A stretch of DNA of 64,000 bases from an uncultured bacterium (GTDB taxonomy: Bacteria > Omnitrophota > Omnitrophia > Omnitrophales > Abzuiibacteriaceae), in contig CAYLXA010000001.1 of NCBI GenBank assembly GCA_964387845.1, positions 224,001 to 288,000 of the forward strand, read 5' to 3'. Below the pieces are notes generated by a model. It saw only the letters and a list, made by a program, of their open reading frames with translations, was not told the origin of the DNA and made no database searches. Positions 1-10,570 of this stretch are shown piece by piece. Position numbers and translations under genes: made by a program. Within the stretch, counting starts at the first letter, position 1; the number at the start of each line of letters is the position of its first letter.

Positions 1-1130
1 TCATAGTCATTACTTTTGATAAGTTCCGCAAACTTGGGCGATCCCGTCACGTTAGTCCGTTCGCCGACATTCACAAAATTGGTTTCGGGCGTAATCACAA
101 GCGGCTCAAGCCCCGAGAGGCGGGTGTACGGTTTCAATTTCGGCGGAACACGCGGCGGATATTTCGCGGCAAGCTCGGCGATTTTCTGAATGTGCGCAGG
201 CGTTGTGCCGCAGCAGCCGCCGATAATGTTGAGAAATCCGTTTTTCAGGAATTCCTCAATCACTTTGCCCATGATTTCCGGAGAATCGTCGTAGCCGCCG
301 AATTGATTCGGAAGCCCGGCATTCGGATGTGCGCTGGTATAAAACTCCGAAAAATTGGAGAGTTCCTCAACGTACGGACGAAGCTCTTTGGCGCCGAGCG
401 CGCAATTAAATCCGAGTGATAACAAATTGGCGTGTGACATTGAAATTGCAAACGCTTGCGCCGTTTGGCCCGACAGCGTGCGGCCGCTGGCATCTGTAAT
501 GGTCCCCGAAACCATAATCGGAAAGTGTTTCTTTACTTTTTTGGAATATTCCTCAATCGCAAAAAGTGCGGCTTTGGCGTTCAGCGTATCAAAAACGGTT
601 TCGACCAATAAAATATCGGCACCGCCGTCAATCAATCCCCGGATTTGTTCCGTATAAGCATCCACCAATTCATCAAACGAGACCGCACGAAAACCGGGAT
701 TGTTCACATCGGGCGACAGCGATGCCGTCCGGTTGGTCGGGCCGATGGACCCTGCAACAAAACGGGGCTTTTTTGGGTTTTTGTCCGTAAATTCGAGCGT
801 GAGCTTTTTGGCAAGCTGCGCACCTTGAACATTCAAATCGTAAACCAGATTCTCCATTTTGTAATCTGCCATGGAAATCCGCTGTGAATTAAACGTGCTG
901 GTTTCCAAAATATCGGCGCCGGCTTCAAGATAAGCCCGATGGATATCGGAGATAATTTTAGGCTGCGTCAGGACAAGGAGGTCGTTATTGCCCTTCACGC
1001 TCACGGGGTGGTTGGCAAACTGCTTTCCGCGATAACCGGCCTCATCAAGCCCATAAGTCTGGACCATGGTGCCCATGGCACCGTCAAGAATCAAAATCCG
1101 CTTTTTAAGTTCCTGGGTAATATCGGTCAT
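1..1130 (-). CDS. metH: Methionine synthase (cobalamin-dependent), N-terminal homocysteine S-methyltransferase domain. The start codon is at 1130 and the gene runs off the window's left edge.
   Basis: The reverse-strand translation from the ATG at 1130 reads [24 protein letters not shown]...[11 protein letters not shown]. This is the Hcy-binding pterin/homocysteine methyltransferase fold, with the GGCCGT zinc-site motif. It is absent from the ORF track because it has no stop inside the window. Confidence 0.85.
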   Translation of the reverse strand, partial: MTDITQELKKRILILDGAMGTMVQTYGLDEAGYRGKQFANHPVSVKGNNDLLVLTQPKIISDIHRAYLEAGADILETSTFNSQRISMADYKMENLVYDLNVQGAQLAKKLTLEFTDKNPKKPRFVAGSIGPTNRTASLSPDVNNPGFRAVSFDELVDAYTEQIRGLIDGGADILLVETVFDTLNAKAALFAIEEYSKKVKKHFPIMVSGTITDASGRTLSGQTAQAFAISMSHANLLSLGFNCALGAKELRPYVEELSNFSEFYTSAHPNAGLPNQFGGYDDSPEIMGKVIEEFLKNGFLNIIGGCCGTTPAHIQKIAELAAKYPPRVPPKLKPYTRLSGLEPLVITPETNFVNVGERTNVTGSPKFAELIKSNDY

Positions 1131-1193
1131 AAGTGGGATATTTTAGCAGACTTAGGGCAAAAACGCTTTAGAACTTTAAGAATACAAAGGGGG

Positions 1194-2438
1194 CTAAATA
1201 ATAAAGGCAAACGGCAAATGCAGAAGCGCCCAAAAAGCATATTTGAAGATGGTTTCCTTCCGGGCTTTCTTAGCCAAAACAGCGAAATAAATACCTTTCA
1301 TGATGGTATTACTCATCATGGTGAGCAAAATAGCAGACACAACAATACTCTGAATATCGGCAGTCCGGTGAATCATAGACAAAACAAACGGATCGACATC
1401 CACAACGCCGACAATGATCGACAAAAGATAAAGTCCGGCATCGCCAAAAAATTGTTTACAGAGCTCTATAATAATTGAGATTCCGACAAATAAGGCAGCG
1501 AAAATCAAAGCCGGACGGACTTCAAACGGATTCTTAAATGATTTAACAGCGCTCTTCGTGACAGAGCGCTCGTCCTGGGCAGTCGATAACGCAAGCCCTG
1601 CGCCGATAGCTGCCAGCACGAGCAGTTTCGGCCATAGATAAGCGATAAAATTTGAGTTCACAAACGAAACCAGCACCAGAATCCGAAGATACATAACACT
1701 GCTTGCTAAAAGAGTTGCTCGAAGCGCGTTCTTCGATTGTGCAGGCGACTGCTGGGCAATGCGGCCAGCGGCAATGCTGACAGCAGTTGACGAAACAATG
1801 CCGCCCATGATTCCCGAAAGCCAAAGGCCGACATTATTGCCGAAACGTTTGATCAAAAAATAGCCGCCGAAACTGATGCTTGAAACCATGATTACAATCA
1901 TCCAAATGGCTGCCGGATTGAGATTAAATTGCGTATAATTCCGGTTTGGCAGGACCGGGAAAATAATGACTGTCACCACAAGAAACCTGAGTGCGGCCAG
2001 AAATTCTGATTTTTCCAGGTTGGCAACTTGGTCTTCTATTTTTGCCTTCTCAGAAAGTAAAAGTGTGCTGATAATGCCGATCGTGATTGGAATCGTCACG
2101 TTCGCCATCAAGCAAAGCGCTCCGATTACAAATGTCAGAAGCGACATGACTTGGCTGGTCCATCCGAAATGTTCTTCCTGAATTTTAGCAAGATAAGTCA
2201 CAACCACGAGCGCCGTCATTGAAATCAATCCGACGGCGAATGCGAATCCAACGTTATAGTAACTTAGAATTGCGCAGCCGAATCCATAAAGTGAAATAAG
2301 GGTATAAGTTCTGACCCCTGCGCGATAGCGGTCGTCTTGGCGGGAGCTTTCGCGTTCAAGCCCGATCAAAATTCCGAGTGTAAACGCAAGAAAAAACCTG
2401 AATAAAAAAGTCCATTCAAACAAATTTAAATCGACCAT
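1194..2438 (-). CDS. MgtC/SapB-family membrane protein with a C-terminal DUF4010-type multi-TM domain
   Basis: N-terminal FLFRFFLAFTLGILIGLERE...AGVRTY is the MgtC signature. It is followed by a long polytopic hydrophobic region. Confidence 0.6.
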   Translation of the reverse strand: MVDLNLFEWTFLFRFFLAFTLGILIGLERESSRQDDRYRAGVRTYTLISLYGFGCAILSYYNVGFAFAVGLISMTALVVVTYLAKIQEEHFGWTSQVMSLLTFVIGALCLMANVTIPITIGIISTLLLSEKAKIEDQVANLEKSEFLAALRFLVVTVIIFPVLPNRNYTQFNLNPAAIWMIVIMVSSISFGGYFLIKRFGNNVGLWLSGIMGGIVSSTAVSIAAGRIAQQSPAQSKNALRATLLASSVMYLRILVLVSFVNSNFIAYLWPKLLVLAAIGAGLALSTAQDERSVTKSAVKSFKNPFEVRPALIFAALFVGISIIIELCKQFFGDAGLYLLSIIVGVVDVDPFVLSMIHRTADIQSIVVSAILLTMMSNTIMKGIYFAVLAKKARKETIFKYAFWALLHLPFAFII

Positions 2439-2532
2439 GCCGGCTTAGCCCTTTGCTTTTTGATTCAAACTGTCTCCACTTGTTAACGAACGGAAACACT
2501 AGAATCTTTAACCGTTTCAAATTCCGTTTTCG

Positions 2533-3144
2533 TCAAGATTTGCTCCGCTTTTTCTCCATCGCTCTGATATAACCCGCGCGGCCAGAGCCTTCTTTGTACA
2601 TTTCGTAGTGCACTTTATTTTTTTTGTAATATTGCTGATGATAATCTTCGGCCGGGAAAAAATCACCGGCAGGTTCAATGGAAGTGACGATCGGACGGTC
2701 GTACCAGCCGGAATTCACAATTTTTTCTTTGGAGGCCTGCGCAAGCTTCTTCTGCTCATCATCCAAATAGAAAATTGCGGTCCGGTATTGGGACCCTCGG
2801 TCGGCAAACTGCTGATCAACCGTTGTTGGATCGATGTTTTTCCAAAACACATCGAGCAATTTTTCATAGTCTACTTTTGACGGATCGTAGGCAACTTCAA
2901 TCACCTCTGCATGGCCACTTGCGCCCGATGAAACTTCTTCATAAGACGGATTGCTCGTTTTTCCGCCGGCGTACCCGACGCGGGTTTTAACAACACCTTC
3001 CGTTTGATCGAACGGCGGCTGCATGCACCAAAAACATCCCCCTGCAAAAATTGCGGTTTTCAAATTCATATCGGATTCCTCTTTCGCTTGAAGATTGATG
3101 TTAAACAAAACTGAAAATATTAAAAGGAGTGCAATCTTTTTCAT
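2533..3144 (-). CDS. msrA: Peptide methionine sulfoxide reductase MsrA with an N-terminal signal peptide
   Basis: GGCFWC active-site motif and VGYAGG...SGHAEV. The likely start is the internal MKKIALLLIF signal peptide, which removes the overlap with hemW. Confidence 0.85.
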   Translation of the reverse strand: MKKIALLLIFSVLFNINLQAKEESDMNLKTAIFAGGCFWCMQPPFDQTEGVVKTRVGYAGGKTSNPSYEEVSSGASGHAEVIEVAYDPSKVDYEKLLDVFWKNIDPTTVDQQFADRGSQYRTAIFYLDDEQKKLAQASKEKIVNSGWYDRPIVTSIEPAGDFFPAEDYHQQYYKKNKVHYEMYKEGSGRAGYIRAMEKKRSKS

Positions 3145-4265
3145 TCTTTTGCGATTAAATGCTGAATCACGGTTTCGCACAGAAACCGGCCGCGGGCCGT
3201 TAAGGCAACTCGATGCCCGGTTTTTGACAAAAGATTATTTTCAACTAAAAAGTCCAGCCGGTTTGATATGCGCGGCTTACTTAAAAGGAAATCGCCCATA
3301 TCAACACCCTGCCTGAGCCGGAGGCCGGTCATGAGATTTTCAATTTCACGTTCCTCGGCTGAAATTACGTCTTCGGTGTCATTCGCAAAATTTCCCGCTT
3401 CACACTTTTTGAAATAACGTGCCACATCGAGCGCGAATTGATAGCGGACGCCGTGCATATAAGAAAATGCGCCCGGCCCAAGTCCTAAATATTCCTGATT
3501 GTGCCAATAAATTAGATTATGCTTTGATTCGAATCCGGGCTTTGCGAAATTAGAAACCTCATACGGTAAAAATCCGGCTTCGGATAAAATTGATTCGGCG
3601 CTTGCGAACATTTGCTCGTGTGTATCGCTTGCAGGCAAACTCAATTTTCCCTGCTTCTGCATCCGGCCATAAACCGTTTTTTCGTGAACGTCTAAATCAT
3701 AAAGCGATACTTGCTGGGCACCCAACTCGAATGCGCGCCTAATTGAATCCTCGACATCCCGTATGGTTTGGTTCGGCAATTTGAGAATAAAATCCACGCT
3801 GATATTCTGAAAACCGGTTTCCCGCAAAAGCTCCATGGTGCGCATAATATCCGCAGCCGAATGAGTTCGGCCCATGGCTTTCAAGAGTTCGTCATTGAAT
3901 GATTGCGCGCCTACACTCATCCTATTTATTCCTAGATCCTTGTAGAATAATAATTTATGACGATCCGCGTCGCCGGGATTGATTTCGCAGGTGAACTCGT
4001 AACCGTTTTCAAATTCAAACTTGGCACGCAGCATCGCCAAAAGCTTTGACATTTCCTGCGACGATAAAAGCGAAGGCGTTCCGCCGCCCAAATAGAGCGT
4101 ATCGAAACGGAGCGTGCCGTATTTTTCCGCTGCAAAATCAATTTCTTTCCCAAGATTTTTGAAAAAACGCTTCCGTACTTCCGCAGAGTGATTCACTGTA
4201 ATCACAAAATCGCAGTAGAAACATTTCTTCGAACAAAATGGGATATGGACGTAAAGGCCGCGCAT
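3141..4265 (-). CDS. hemW: Radical SAM heme chaperone HemW (HemN-like, oxygen-independent coproporphyrinogen oxidase family)
   Basis: LYVHIPFCSKKCFYCDF contains the CxxxCxxC radical-SAM motif. A HemN C-terminal domain follows. The probable start is MRGLYVHIPFC. Confidence 0.8.
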   Translation of the reverse strand: MRGLYVHIPFCSKKCFYCDFVITVNHSAEVRKRFFKNLGKEIDFAAEKYGTLRFDTLYLGGGTPSLLSSQEMSKLLAMLRAKFEFENGYEFTCEINPGDADRHKLLFYKDLGINRMSVGAQSFNDELLKAMGRTHSAADIMRTMELLRETGFQNISVDFILKLPNQTIRDVEDSIRRAFELGAQQVSLYDLDVHEKTVYGRMQKQGKLSLPASDTHEQMFASAESILSEAGFLPYEVSNFAKPGFESKHNLIYWHNQEYLGLGPGAFSYMHGVRYQFALDVARYFKKCEAGNFANDTEDVISAEEREIENLMTGLRLRQGVDMGDFLLSKPRISNRLDFLVENNLLSKTGHRVALTARGRFLCETVIQHLIAKE

Positions 4266-4269
4266 GAAA

Positions 4270-5040
4270 CTATCGGATGATGAACCAGAATGAGAGTGCG
4301 ATAAAAATCCGGTAAAGGCCAAACAGGATAAACGTATGGTTTTTCACAAATTCAAGCAGCCATTTGATGCAAAAAATCGCAACCACAAAAGAAGTTAGAA
4401 ACCCTACAGCCAAGAAAATAAACTGATCGGATGAGAAAGTATAGGCGCTCTTCATTAAATCAAGGCCGGTTGCAGCCAGCATCGTCGGGACCGCCAATAA
4501 AAATGAAAACTCGACGATTAACTTCCGGTCAAGCCCGAGCATTAACCCGCCCACGATCGTTGCGGCAGATCTCGAAACGCCCGGAATCATGGCGAGCGAC
4601 TGAAAGACACCGATCAGCACCGCACTTTTAAACGGCATATCAGAAATCGAATTGACCGGCGTTTCTTTGTCCTTAAACCATAATTCAAATAAAATCAGGA
4701 AAATACCGCCGGCAAACAAGGACCACAAAACGACTTCCGTGCTTTCCAGCAGGACTTCCTTGATAACCTTGTACAAAAACAATCCGAGAACGGCGGTGGG
4801 AATAAAAGCGGCGATGACACGCGTGAGCGCTTTGAAATCGATTAAGAGCGATCTCCAATATAAAACTACCACGGCCAAAATGGCCCCGAGCTGAATCGCT
4901 ATTTCAAAACTTTTCAAAAAATCTGTTTGCTTAAGCCCAAGCAGTTTTGCGGTTAGAATCAGGTGGCCCGTAGATGAAATGGGGAGAAACTCCGAAGCGC
5001 CCTCAACAATTCCGAAGATAACTGCATGAAATAAATCCAT
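4270..5040 (-). CDS. uppP: Undecaprenyl-diphosphate phosphatase
   Basis: MDLFHAVIFGIVEGASEFLPISSTGHLIL is the BacA/UppP signature. The protein has 8 TM segments. Confidence 0.85.
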   Translation of the reverse strand: MDLFHAVIFGIVEGASEFLPISSTGHLILTAKLLGLKQTDFLKSFEIAIQLGAILAVVVLYWRSLLIDFKALTRVIAAFIPTAVLGLFLYKVIKEVLLESTEVVLWSLFAGGIFLILFELWFKDKETPVNSISDMPFKSAVLIGVFQSLAMIPGVSRSAATIVGGLMLGLDRKLIVEFSFLLAVPTMLAATGLDLMKSAYTFSSDQFIFLAVGFLTSFVVAIFCIKWLLEFVKNHTFILFGLYRIFIALSFWFIIR

Positions 5041-5084
5041 AGGCAGACATTATAGAATGAAACAAAAATTTGATAAATGAAGTT

Positions 5085-5510
5085 TTAGGAGGTCTTGCGC
5101 CAGATATGTTTTATCGCTTCAAGTCGCCCCGAACACTCGTCGCGGACTAATTGAAAGGACAACTGATTGCCCCGAAGTTCCGGTATGTAGACACCATCGC
5201 GGCCGCATTCGGGAATAATCAATCCGCCTTTGTCATTAAAAATCATTTGCCCATTGACGAGCTGGTAATAGCCCAAAATGTCCGGATTCTTGTCGCCCTC
5301 TGAATCAATTTTAAACTCACGGCTCCCTAAAAACTCGACGGTTTTATAAGCACCGGGTCCGCCGTTCACTTTCCAGGTACCAATGAGCGATTCGGGCGTA
5401 ACGCTTTGGATAGAGGGCTCTTTTTGACAACTCGAGAAGAGCATTACCGGCAGTAATCCTAGAACGATAAAAATGAGGGCGGATGATCGTTTGCGGCTCA
5501 TTGGCGTCAT
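5085..5510 (-). CDS. Small lipoprotein of unknown function
   Basis: Signal peptide with the lipobox LFSSC. Confidence 0.4.
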   Translation of the reverse strand: MTPMSRKRSSALIFIVLGLLPVMLFSSCQKEPSIQSVTPESLIGTWKVNGGPGAYKTVEFLGSREFKIDSEGDKNPDILGYYQLVNGQMIFNDKGGLIIPECGRDGVYIPELRGNQLSFQLVRDECSGRLEAIKHIWRKTS

Positions 5511-5520
5511 TTAAAAGCGA

Positions 5521-5565
5521 TGGTAGCGGGGGCCGGATTTGAACCGACGACCTTCAGGTTATGAG
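5521..5565 (-). repeat. Displaced 3' half of tRNA-Met, including an encoded CCA. This is the attR-side direct repeat of the island.
   Basis: The 42-nt stretch 5524..5565 is identical to 53424..53465, the 3' half of the intact tRNA-Met. It is preceded on the minus strand by CCA and sits next to the integrase. Confidence 0.8.
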
Positions 5566-5647
5566 TGCCCCACTCGTTCTTGTTACTTTTGTTTAATTTT
5601 GCTTAACTCTTGTTGTTATTATGAGTTAATTGAAATGGTTTTTGTTG

Positions 5648-6877
5648 CTAGTTCTTACAATTGTTTCTTATTTGTGCTGGTTTTGTTAGCACCATGTTAG
5701 CACGGCTTCCAAAAACTTCTTCATCCAATCTCTTCCCTACACCTTCATAAACAACCGGTAGCAAGTGTCCATATCGGTCAAGTGTTGTCTGAATAGAAGC
5801 ATGCCCTAATTGCGACTGAATAAGCTTAATATTTTCCCCCTGTGAAATCAAGAGGGTCGTGTAAGTATGTCTAAGGTCGTGAAACCGCACCCTTCTTAAT
5901 CCAGCCTTTTTGAGAGCACTAGAAAAATCCCGTTTCACCAAATTATCGGGATCCAGCGGATCGCCGTTTACATTGCAAAATATCAGATCGTGAAGTTTGG
6001 GAGGGAACAACTCACGGTATAAATTCAGTCCTTTCTCTAGAACTTTCGACATAACGATTGTTCTTATAGACCTTCTTGATTTTGGTGTAATAAATTTCCA
6101 ACGGTTACAATTCGTTTCTTTAATTTCGCGCCAACAGCGCCAATATAAACTCCTTCTCACGAAAATTATCTTCCGATTCCAGTCGATGTCTTTCCACTGG
6201 AGACCAAGCAACTCCCCTCTTCTCATCCCCGTCAGCACAGCTGTTAAAATGATGGTTCTTAGAGGTTCATCAGAGTTCTTTAAGAGAAGTCTGATATCTT
6301 GCGGTGTAAGAAAATCCATTTCTCTTTGCTCTTCTCGAATTCTGTCAATATCTGCCGCTGGATTTTCAAAGATATATTTCCATTTTCGAGCATGATTAAA
6401 CATGGTTTTTAAAAGGGACAGGTGGTGATTTACCGTCTTGGCGCTTCTTTTATCGTTTAACTCTGAAATGAATTTCTGAATATCATGCGGACGGATACCT
6501 AAAATAGCTCGGTCTCCCAACGCCGGAACAATGGTTGAATTAATCATTGACTCATAATTTCGGAATGTTGAGTCTTTAATAGAAACTCGAGCATAACTGT
6601 CTAGCCATTTCTTTGAAAATTCGGAAAACAAAATCTTGGGTGGCGCAAAGAAAGTTCCTTTATTAACGGATGAGAGTATTTCACTCAGCCTAGCCTCTGC
6701 GTCCTTTTTCTTCGGGCCAATGCGTTCCCACTTTTGCAAACGGCCTGACCTGAATATGATATAGTAGGCTGCTGATTGATGGCTGCATTTGCCGACACCG
6801 TCAGTCGCGTTTTTCCTGCATTTTCCACACCGCCATACGATACTACCTCTTGCCATGACTGCCTCCAGGATTAGCAA
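5648..6877 (-). CDS. int: Tyrosine-type site-specific integrase
   Basis: The C-terminal catalytic region HDLRHTYTTLLISQGENIKLIQSQLGHASIQTTLDRYGHL carries the R..H..R..Y motif. The gene is adjacent to the att repeat. The last ~10 codons read through a TGTTAGCAC repeat. Confidence 0.9.
   Translation of the reverse strand: MLILEAVMARGSIVWRCGKCRKNATDGVGKCSHQSAAYYIIFRSGRLQKWERIGPKKKDAEARLSEILSSVNKGTFFAPPKILFSEFSKKWLDSYARVSIKDSTFRNYESMINSTIVPALGDRAILGIRPHDIQKFISELNDKRSAKTVNHHLSLLKTMFNHARKWKYIFENPAADIDRIREEQREMDFLTPQDIRLLLKNSDEPLRTIILTAVLTGMRRGELLGLQWKDIDWNRKIIFVRRSLYWRCWREIKETNCNRWKFITPKSRRSIRTIVMSKVLEKGLNLYRELFPPKLHDLIFCNVNGDPLDPDNLVKRDFSSALKKAGLRRVRFHDLRHTYTTLLISQGENIKLIQSQLGHASIQTTLDRYGHLLPVVYEGVGKRLDEEVFGSRANMVLTKPAQIRNNCKN
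5685..5706. promoter_or_regulatory. Direct repeat TGTTAGCAC-N4-TGTTAGCAC. The same motif recurs at the other island end, so this is a candidate arm-type integrase-binding site.
   Basis: tgttagcaccatgttagcacgg here; tgttagcaccgtgttagcacgg at 53332..53353. Both lie just inside the att repeats. Confidence 0.4.
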
Positions 6878-6907
6878 GATTTATTGTACCGTATTTCGGT
6901 CTATTTA

Positions 6908-7117
6908 TCAACGCTTTCTTACAGGACGGCCGGCTTTTCTCCGTGTTTGAAGGTAATATCTGATGGAAGGCTCTTCTATAAGCCAGATTTTCGCGGTGTT
7001 CGTTATTTGCGCTTCCCTGCCCCTGATTAATCGCTTTCGAAGTAGGCGACGCAGATAACCCGGTGTCAATTTGTACTTCTTTGATGCTTCGAGTGTCGTT
7101 AGCATGACGTTTGCCAA
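6908..7117 (-). CDS. Small basic helix-turn-helix protein of the excisionase/AlpA type
   Basis: 69 aa. A YLRRLLRKRLI..G HTH sits next to the integrase. The C-terminus is basic. Confidence 0.45.
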   Translation of the reverse strand: MANVMLTTLEASKKYKLTPGYLRRLLRKRLIRGREAQITNTAKIWLIEEPSIRYYLQTRRKAGRPVRKR

Positions 7118-7131
7118 AAGAAATATTTGCC

Positions 7132-7329
7132 TTATGATACATTATTTCTGCTCGTTTGGAAGAACCTTATTACCTCATCCTGATTGAAGCGAACGTACTT
7201 TCCCATCTTGATATGCGGAATTGCCTTTTGGCCCAAGCGTGTACGCTGATAAATCCACGTTTTAGGAACTCGCAATACTTTTGAAAGTTCACTAACTGTG
7301 ACCAAATTCTCAGACTGATTTCGTATCAT
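7132..7329 (-). CDS. Excisionase-family DNA-binding protein (HTH_17/AlpA-like). This is the probable recombination directionality factor.
   Basis: LVTVSELSKVLRVPKTWIYQRTRLGQKAIPHIKMGKYVRFNQDEV matches the Xis/AlpA pattern. Confidence 0.6.
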   Translation of the reverse strand: MIRNQSENLVTVSELSKVLRVPKTWIYQRTRLGQKAIPHIKMGKYVRFNQDEVIRFFQTSRNNVS

Positions 7330-8076
7330 TTAGGATTGCCCCGGCAAACGCGCATTTAACTCGCTATATGTCTGCATATCACCGATATCCTTCCAAATGC
7401 CTTCAATGCGCATTGCCACAGTCGGAACCATTCTATAAAGCCATGTAATGAAATCGCCGATCCTGTCGGGCTCATGCTTGTAGATTTTTAGATACTTATA
7501 AATCATGAAAGGAATTTCTTTCGGCAACAAGTAGACTCCAGCGCTCACTAAAGTCGATTTTGGCGCGCGGGGCTTTTCATCAAAACTTGTAATAATATGG
7601 TCTTCGTTCATTTCAATGACGCCGTACTTCTTGGCTTGTTCAATATTCTTAATGTCATAGCAAGCCAACACCGGTTTTGGCAGATGATGAAGCGCCTGCA
7701 GGATGAAATGATTCAGGGGGTAATCAAAATAATTGTCACTCGCCAAGACCAAATACTCCGAACCTCTCACTCGGGAGTCGCAGACTGCATAATAAAGGTC
7801 TAAAACAGCGCCGTTTCTTTCGTCATTGGAATTTATCCCATTATTCAATATATGAATTGGAAACACGTATTTTTGAAATGACTTCCAATACACAAATTGC
7901 TCATAAAACCGGTTGTTCGTCACAATCAAAACAGAATCTGGTTTAGTCTTGGCGACATTTTCCATCAAATGCTCCAACAGGTATTTACCACCAATATCAA
8001 GCAGCGCTTTAGGCTTACCGAGAGTTAATGGATAAAGCCTTGTCCCAAATCCTCCCGCGAGAATGATCGTGTTCAA
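7330..8076 (-). CDS. Sugar-phosphate nucleotidyltransferase (glucose-1-phosphate thymidylyl/uridylyltransferase-like)
   Basis: MNTIILAGGFGTRLYPLTLGKPKALL is the NTP_transferase signature. The stop overlaps the start of the next gene. Confidence 0.7.
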   Translation of the reverse strand: MNTIILAGGFGTRLYPLTLGKPKALLDIGGKYLLEHLMENVAKTKPDSVLIVTNNRFYEQFVYWKSFQKYVFPIHILNNGINSNDERNGAVLDLYYAVCDSRVRGSEYLVLASDNYFDYPLNHFILQALHHLPKPVLACYDIKNIEQAKKYGVIEMNEDHIITSFDEKPRAPKSTLVSAGVYLLPKEIPFMIYKYLKIYKHEPDRIGDFITWLYRMVPTVAMRIEGIWKDIGDMQTYSELNARLPGQS

Positions 8077-9023
8077 TTCCGCACCTCTACATTCGGAATT
8101 TTCAGCACAAAGTCTGATTTGATTTGAACAAATCCGCGTAAACCCGGCACAAGACCCATCGGCGGATTGGTAAGCCGGACAAGAATTCGTGAGACATATT
8201 TTGTCCGGTAGATTTTCACGATTGTTTCTTCAACCTTAGCGTCTTTTTCGGAGATTTCGCCGTCGAAATTCCCCCGCACTGAATTAAACGTTACTCTAGC
8301 CCTGTCACCTACTTTTACATGGTTCAACTTCTCTTCTGTGATAAATGCCTCAAAATAGAACTCCTTGGGATTGAACAAAATACCAAGTTTTTCTCCTTGT
8401 TTGAAATAGCTCCCGATCCTCGGCTCAAGTTCACCTAGAAATATCCCGTCAAACGGCGCTTTAATTAGGAGCGATTCTTTGCGAAGTTGAAGCAGGTTTA
8501 AATACAGTGTTGATTGTTCAACGGCCTTAGCTTTCGCATTAAGTTTATCCTTAGCGGTATTTGCTTTGAATTCTTCATTATCAAGGTCAAGTTTTGAAAT
8601 AACTCCGTTTTCATACAAGACTCGCGCACTTTCTACGCGTTGACCCGCCAAGGCACTTTCCTTCTCCATTAGTTTTAACTCGTTTTCTTCAATTTCCTTC
8701 TTTTGAAGCAAATTCACAATTTCCAATTCAAGGTCTGGATTTTCGAATTCAAAAAGGATGTCATTGATATGGACCTCCTGCGCATTTCGAATATAGGCCT
8801 TCTTCAAAACACCTTCAGTCATGAGCTGAATATCGAGTTCCTGAGCGGATTTAGCCTTTCCTTCAATTGGGGACAGCATGGCGGGAACAATCTGAAATGC
8901 GAAATGCGCTGATAAAAGCAAGGCGAAAACCATTAATATTATTTTTATTTTTTTAAAAAGGTTCACCTTCTTTAATGGTTTATTTTTTTCTGATTCATCC
9001 AAAAGATTAGGTTCTTGTGTCAT
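8073..9023 (-). CDS. HlyD-family membrane fusion protein (periplasmic adaptor)
   Basis: N-terminal TM anchor, long coiled-coil region and a C-terminal beta-barrel (VKVGDRARVTF). The start codon overlaps the GT2 stop as ATGA at 9020..9023. Confidence 0.6.
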   Translation of the reverse strand: MTQEPNLLDESEKNKPLKKVNLFKKIKIILMVFALLLSAHFAFQIVPAMLSPIEGKAKSAQELDIQLMTEGVLKKAYIRNAQEVHINDILFEFENPDLELEIVNLLQKKEIEENELKLMEKESALAGQRVESARVLYENGVISKLDLDNEEFKANTAKDKLNAKAKAVEQSTLYLNLLQLRKESLLIKAPFDGIFLGELEPRIGSYFKQGEKLGILFNPKEFYFEAFITEEKLNHVKVGDRARVTFNSVRGNFDGEISEKDAKVEETIVKIYRTKYVSRILVRLTNPPMGLVPGLRGFVQIKSDFVLKIPNVEVRN

Positions 9024-10570
9024 ATAGTATTTATCCTTTTTCTGTGCATAGTTTTTGCTGAGTAATAAACAAGCGGAATAGAGAACAAAAGTGATGTGAA
9101 AATGGGGACTGCTGCCATATGGGGAAACGGTGTTCCTTGTGCTAGGTACCAAATACCCGTCAGTCCAATCACGGTCCCGGGCAACAACGCATCAATAGTT
9201 TCTGTCCACGTGATTTGCTCAAACGGATTTTTCTTCATGGGCTGCCAAATAAGCTTTTTAAGGGGGAGCGTCAGTATGTCAAATGCGGTGTAAACAAAAT
9301 TGCCCGCATAGATGAGCGTTGCAACAGTAATCTCATAGAGGAAGCGCTTAATATCATCAAATGTACGGATAAGGACTGCCTTGTGAAAGTAATTCACGAA
9401 AAGACTAAAGATCAAGATTCCGCAAAGCATCTCATTGGCCGGTTGCCCCAGGCATACGGTATTAACTTTAAATGAAATCAATTCACCGAATAGATAACTT
9501 TGCGATAAGAGGCCCAAGAGAAGCCAAAAGAGAAAAACCGGCTGCATGACGTAGCAGTAAATACCGTAAAAAGTCAAAAAACGGATAATAGGGCTGATGG
9601 ACTTCCTATATATAAGCGGAATCCCCTGCAAAGTGCCCTGCGCCCACCTAGATTCCCTGCGTCTTGATTCCAAATAATTAGAAGGCGTTTCATCATATGT
9701 CGTCACATCTGAAATAAACGCCACCCTTAATCCCAACTCATCGAGCAAGGCGGTGTCCCAGTTGTCATGTGAGAGCAGTCCTTTTGGCAGTTGAATTCTC
9801 TTAAACTGCTTTGCTCGTACGAGATGCTGATGGCCGAAAGAGATGGACTTCCTAAAGAGCGAAAAAAGAGTCGTGAAGTAAAGTCTCTGGCTTGATTCCG
9901 ACGCCAATCCTTCAAATTTGGCATAGTAAGTCTTAGCGTGCGCGGTTTTAATCAGCGTTTGAAATATGGCGATGTCCTCATTCTCCGGGTGTTGAGCCTT
10001 CCTCAGTAACTTGAGTACCGTTCTTGGAGGCACCATTGAATCGGCATCGCAGACATACAAATATTCATACACCGGATGACTGGATAGAAATTCGCTTAAA
10101 TTGCCTTGTTTCCGCTCAAAAGGTTCAGGCCGCCTTCTGTAAAACACTTTACGCCCAAGCGTTGCTTCGAGTTTTACTTGAAGTTGAAATTCTGATGGTT
10201 CATAGGCCGCGTCTGAATCACTCAGTATCCAAAAATCAACCCCGGGAAGCTGATTGTTCCTAAATGAATAAAGCATTCTTTCAAAGAGGCCGTCTTTCTC
10301 ATTTCGAATAAAATAGCAAAGCGCCGTTTTCGGAAAACGATTCACATACACTTCTTTCAGATGATGAGGCGGCGCAAACAAAAACATCAAAGCTAGGAGA
10401 AAAAGATAGATGACGTTAAGGAACAGGAAACCGAATCCGGCGATCCATCCGATTAAAATCAGACTCGACTGATATGCCGTAATCTGGTCCAAGACTAAAA
10501 ATACCGCGAGAGCATCCAGCCCGGCCAGCAACGCGATAAACCAATATTCCCGCAACCGCTTTTGTGTCAT
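9020..10570 (-). CDS. Processive family-2 glycosyltransferase, a membrane-embedded synthase of the OpgH/cellulose-synthase type
   Basis: Multi-TM N- and C-termini. It carries the DAD (DxD) motif, LLSHDNWDTALLDELG, and ESRRRESRWAQG (Q/RxxRW), as in OpgH/BcsA-type synthases. Confidence 0.7.
   Translation of the reverse strand: MTQKRLREYWFIALLAGLDALAVFLVLDQITAYQSSLILIGWIAGFGFLFLNVIYLFLLALMFLFAPPHHLKEVYVNRFPKTALCYFIRNEKDGLFERMLYSFRNNQLPGVDFWILSDSDAAYEPSEFQLQVKLEATLGRKVFYRRRPEPFERKQGNLSEFLSSHPVYEYLYVCDADSMVPPRTVLKLLRKAQHPENEDIAIFQTLIKTAHAKTYYAKFEGLASESSQRLYFTTLFSLFRKSISFGHQHLVRAKQFKRIQLPKGLLSHDNWDTALLDELGLRVAFISDVTTYDETPSNYLESRRRESRWAQGTLQGIPLIYRKSISPIIRFLTFYGIYCYVMQPVFLFWLLLGLLSQSYLFGELISFKVNTVCLGQPANEMLCGILIFSLFVNYFHKAVLIRTFDDIKRFLYEITVATLIYAGNFVYTAFDILTLPLKKLIWQPMKKNPFEQITWTETIDALLPGTVIGLTGIWYLAQGTPFPHMAAVPIFTSLLFSIPLVYYSAKTMHRKRINTI

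Noticed and set aside
192-1478. Several short plus- and minus-strand ORFs in the first 1.5 kb (e.g. 355..657 and 939..1478)
   Set aside because: All lie within or antisense to the metH 5' region. That region has a continuous, strongly conserved reading frame on the minus strand that the ORF track does not list because it is open-ended.
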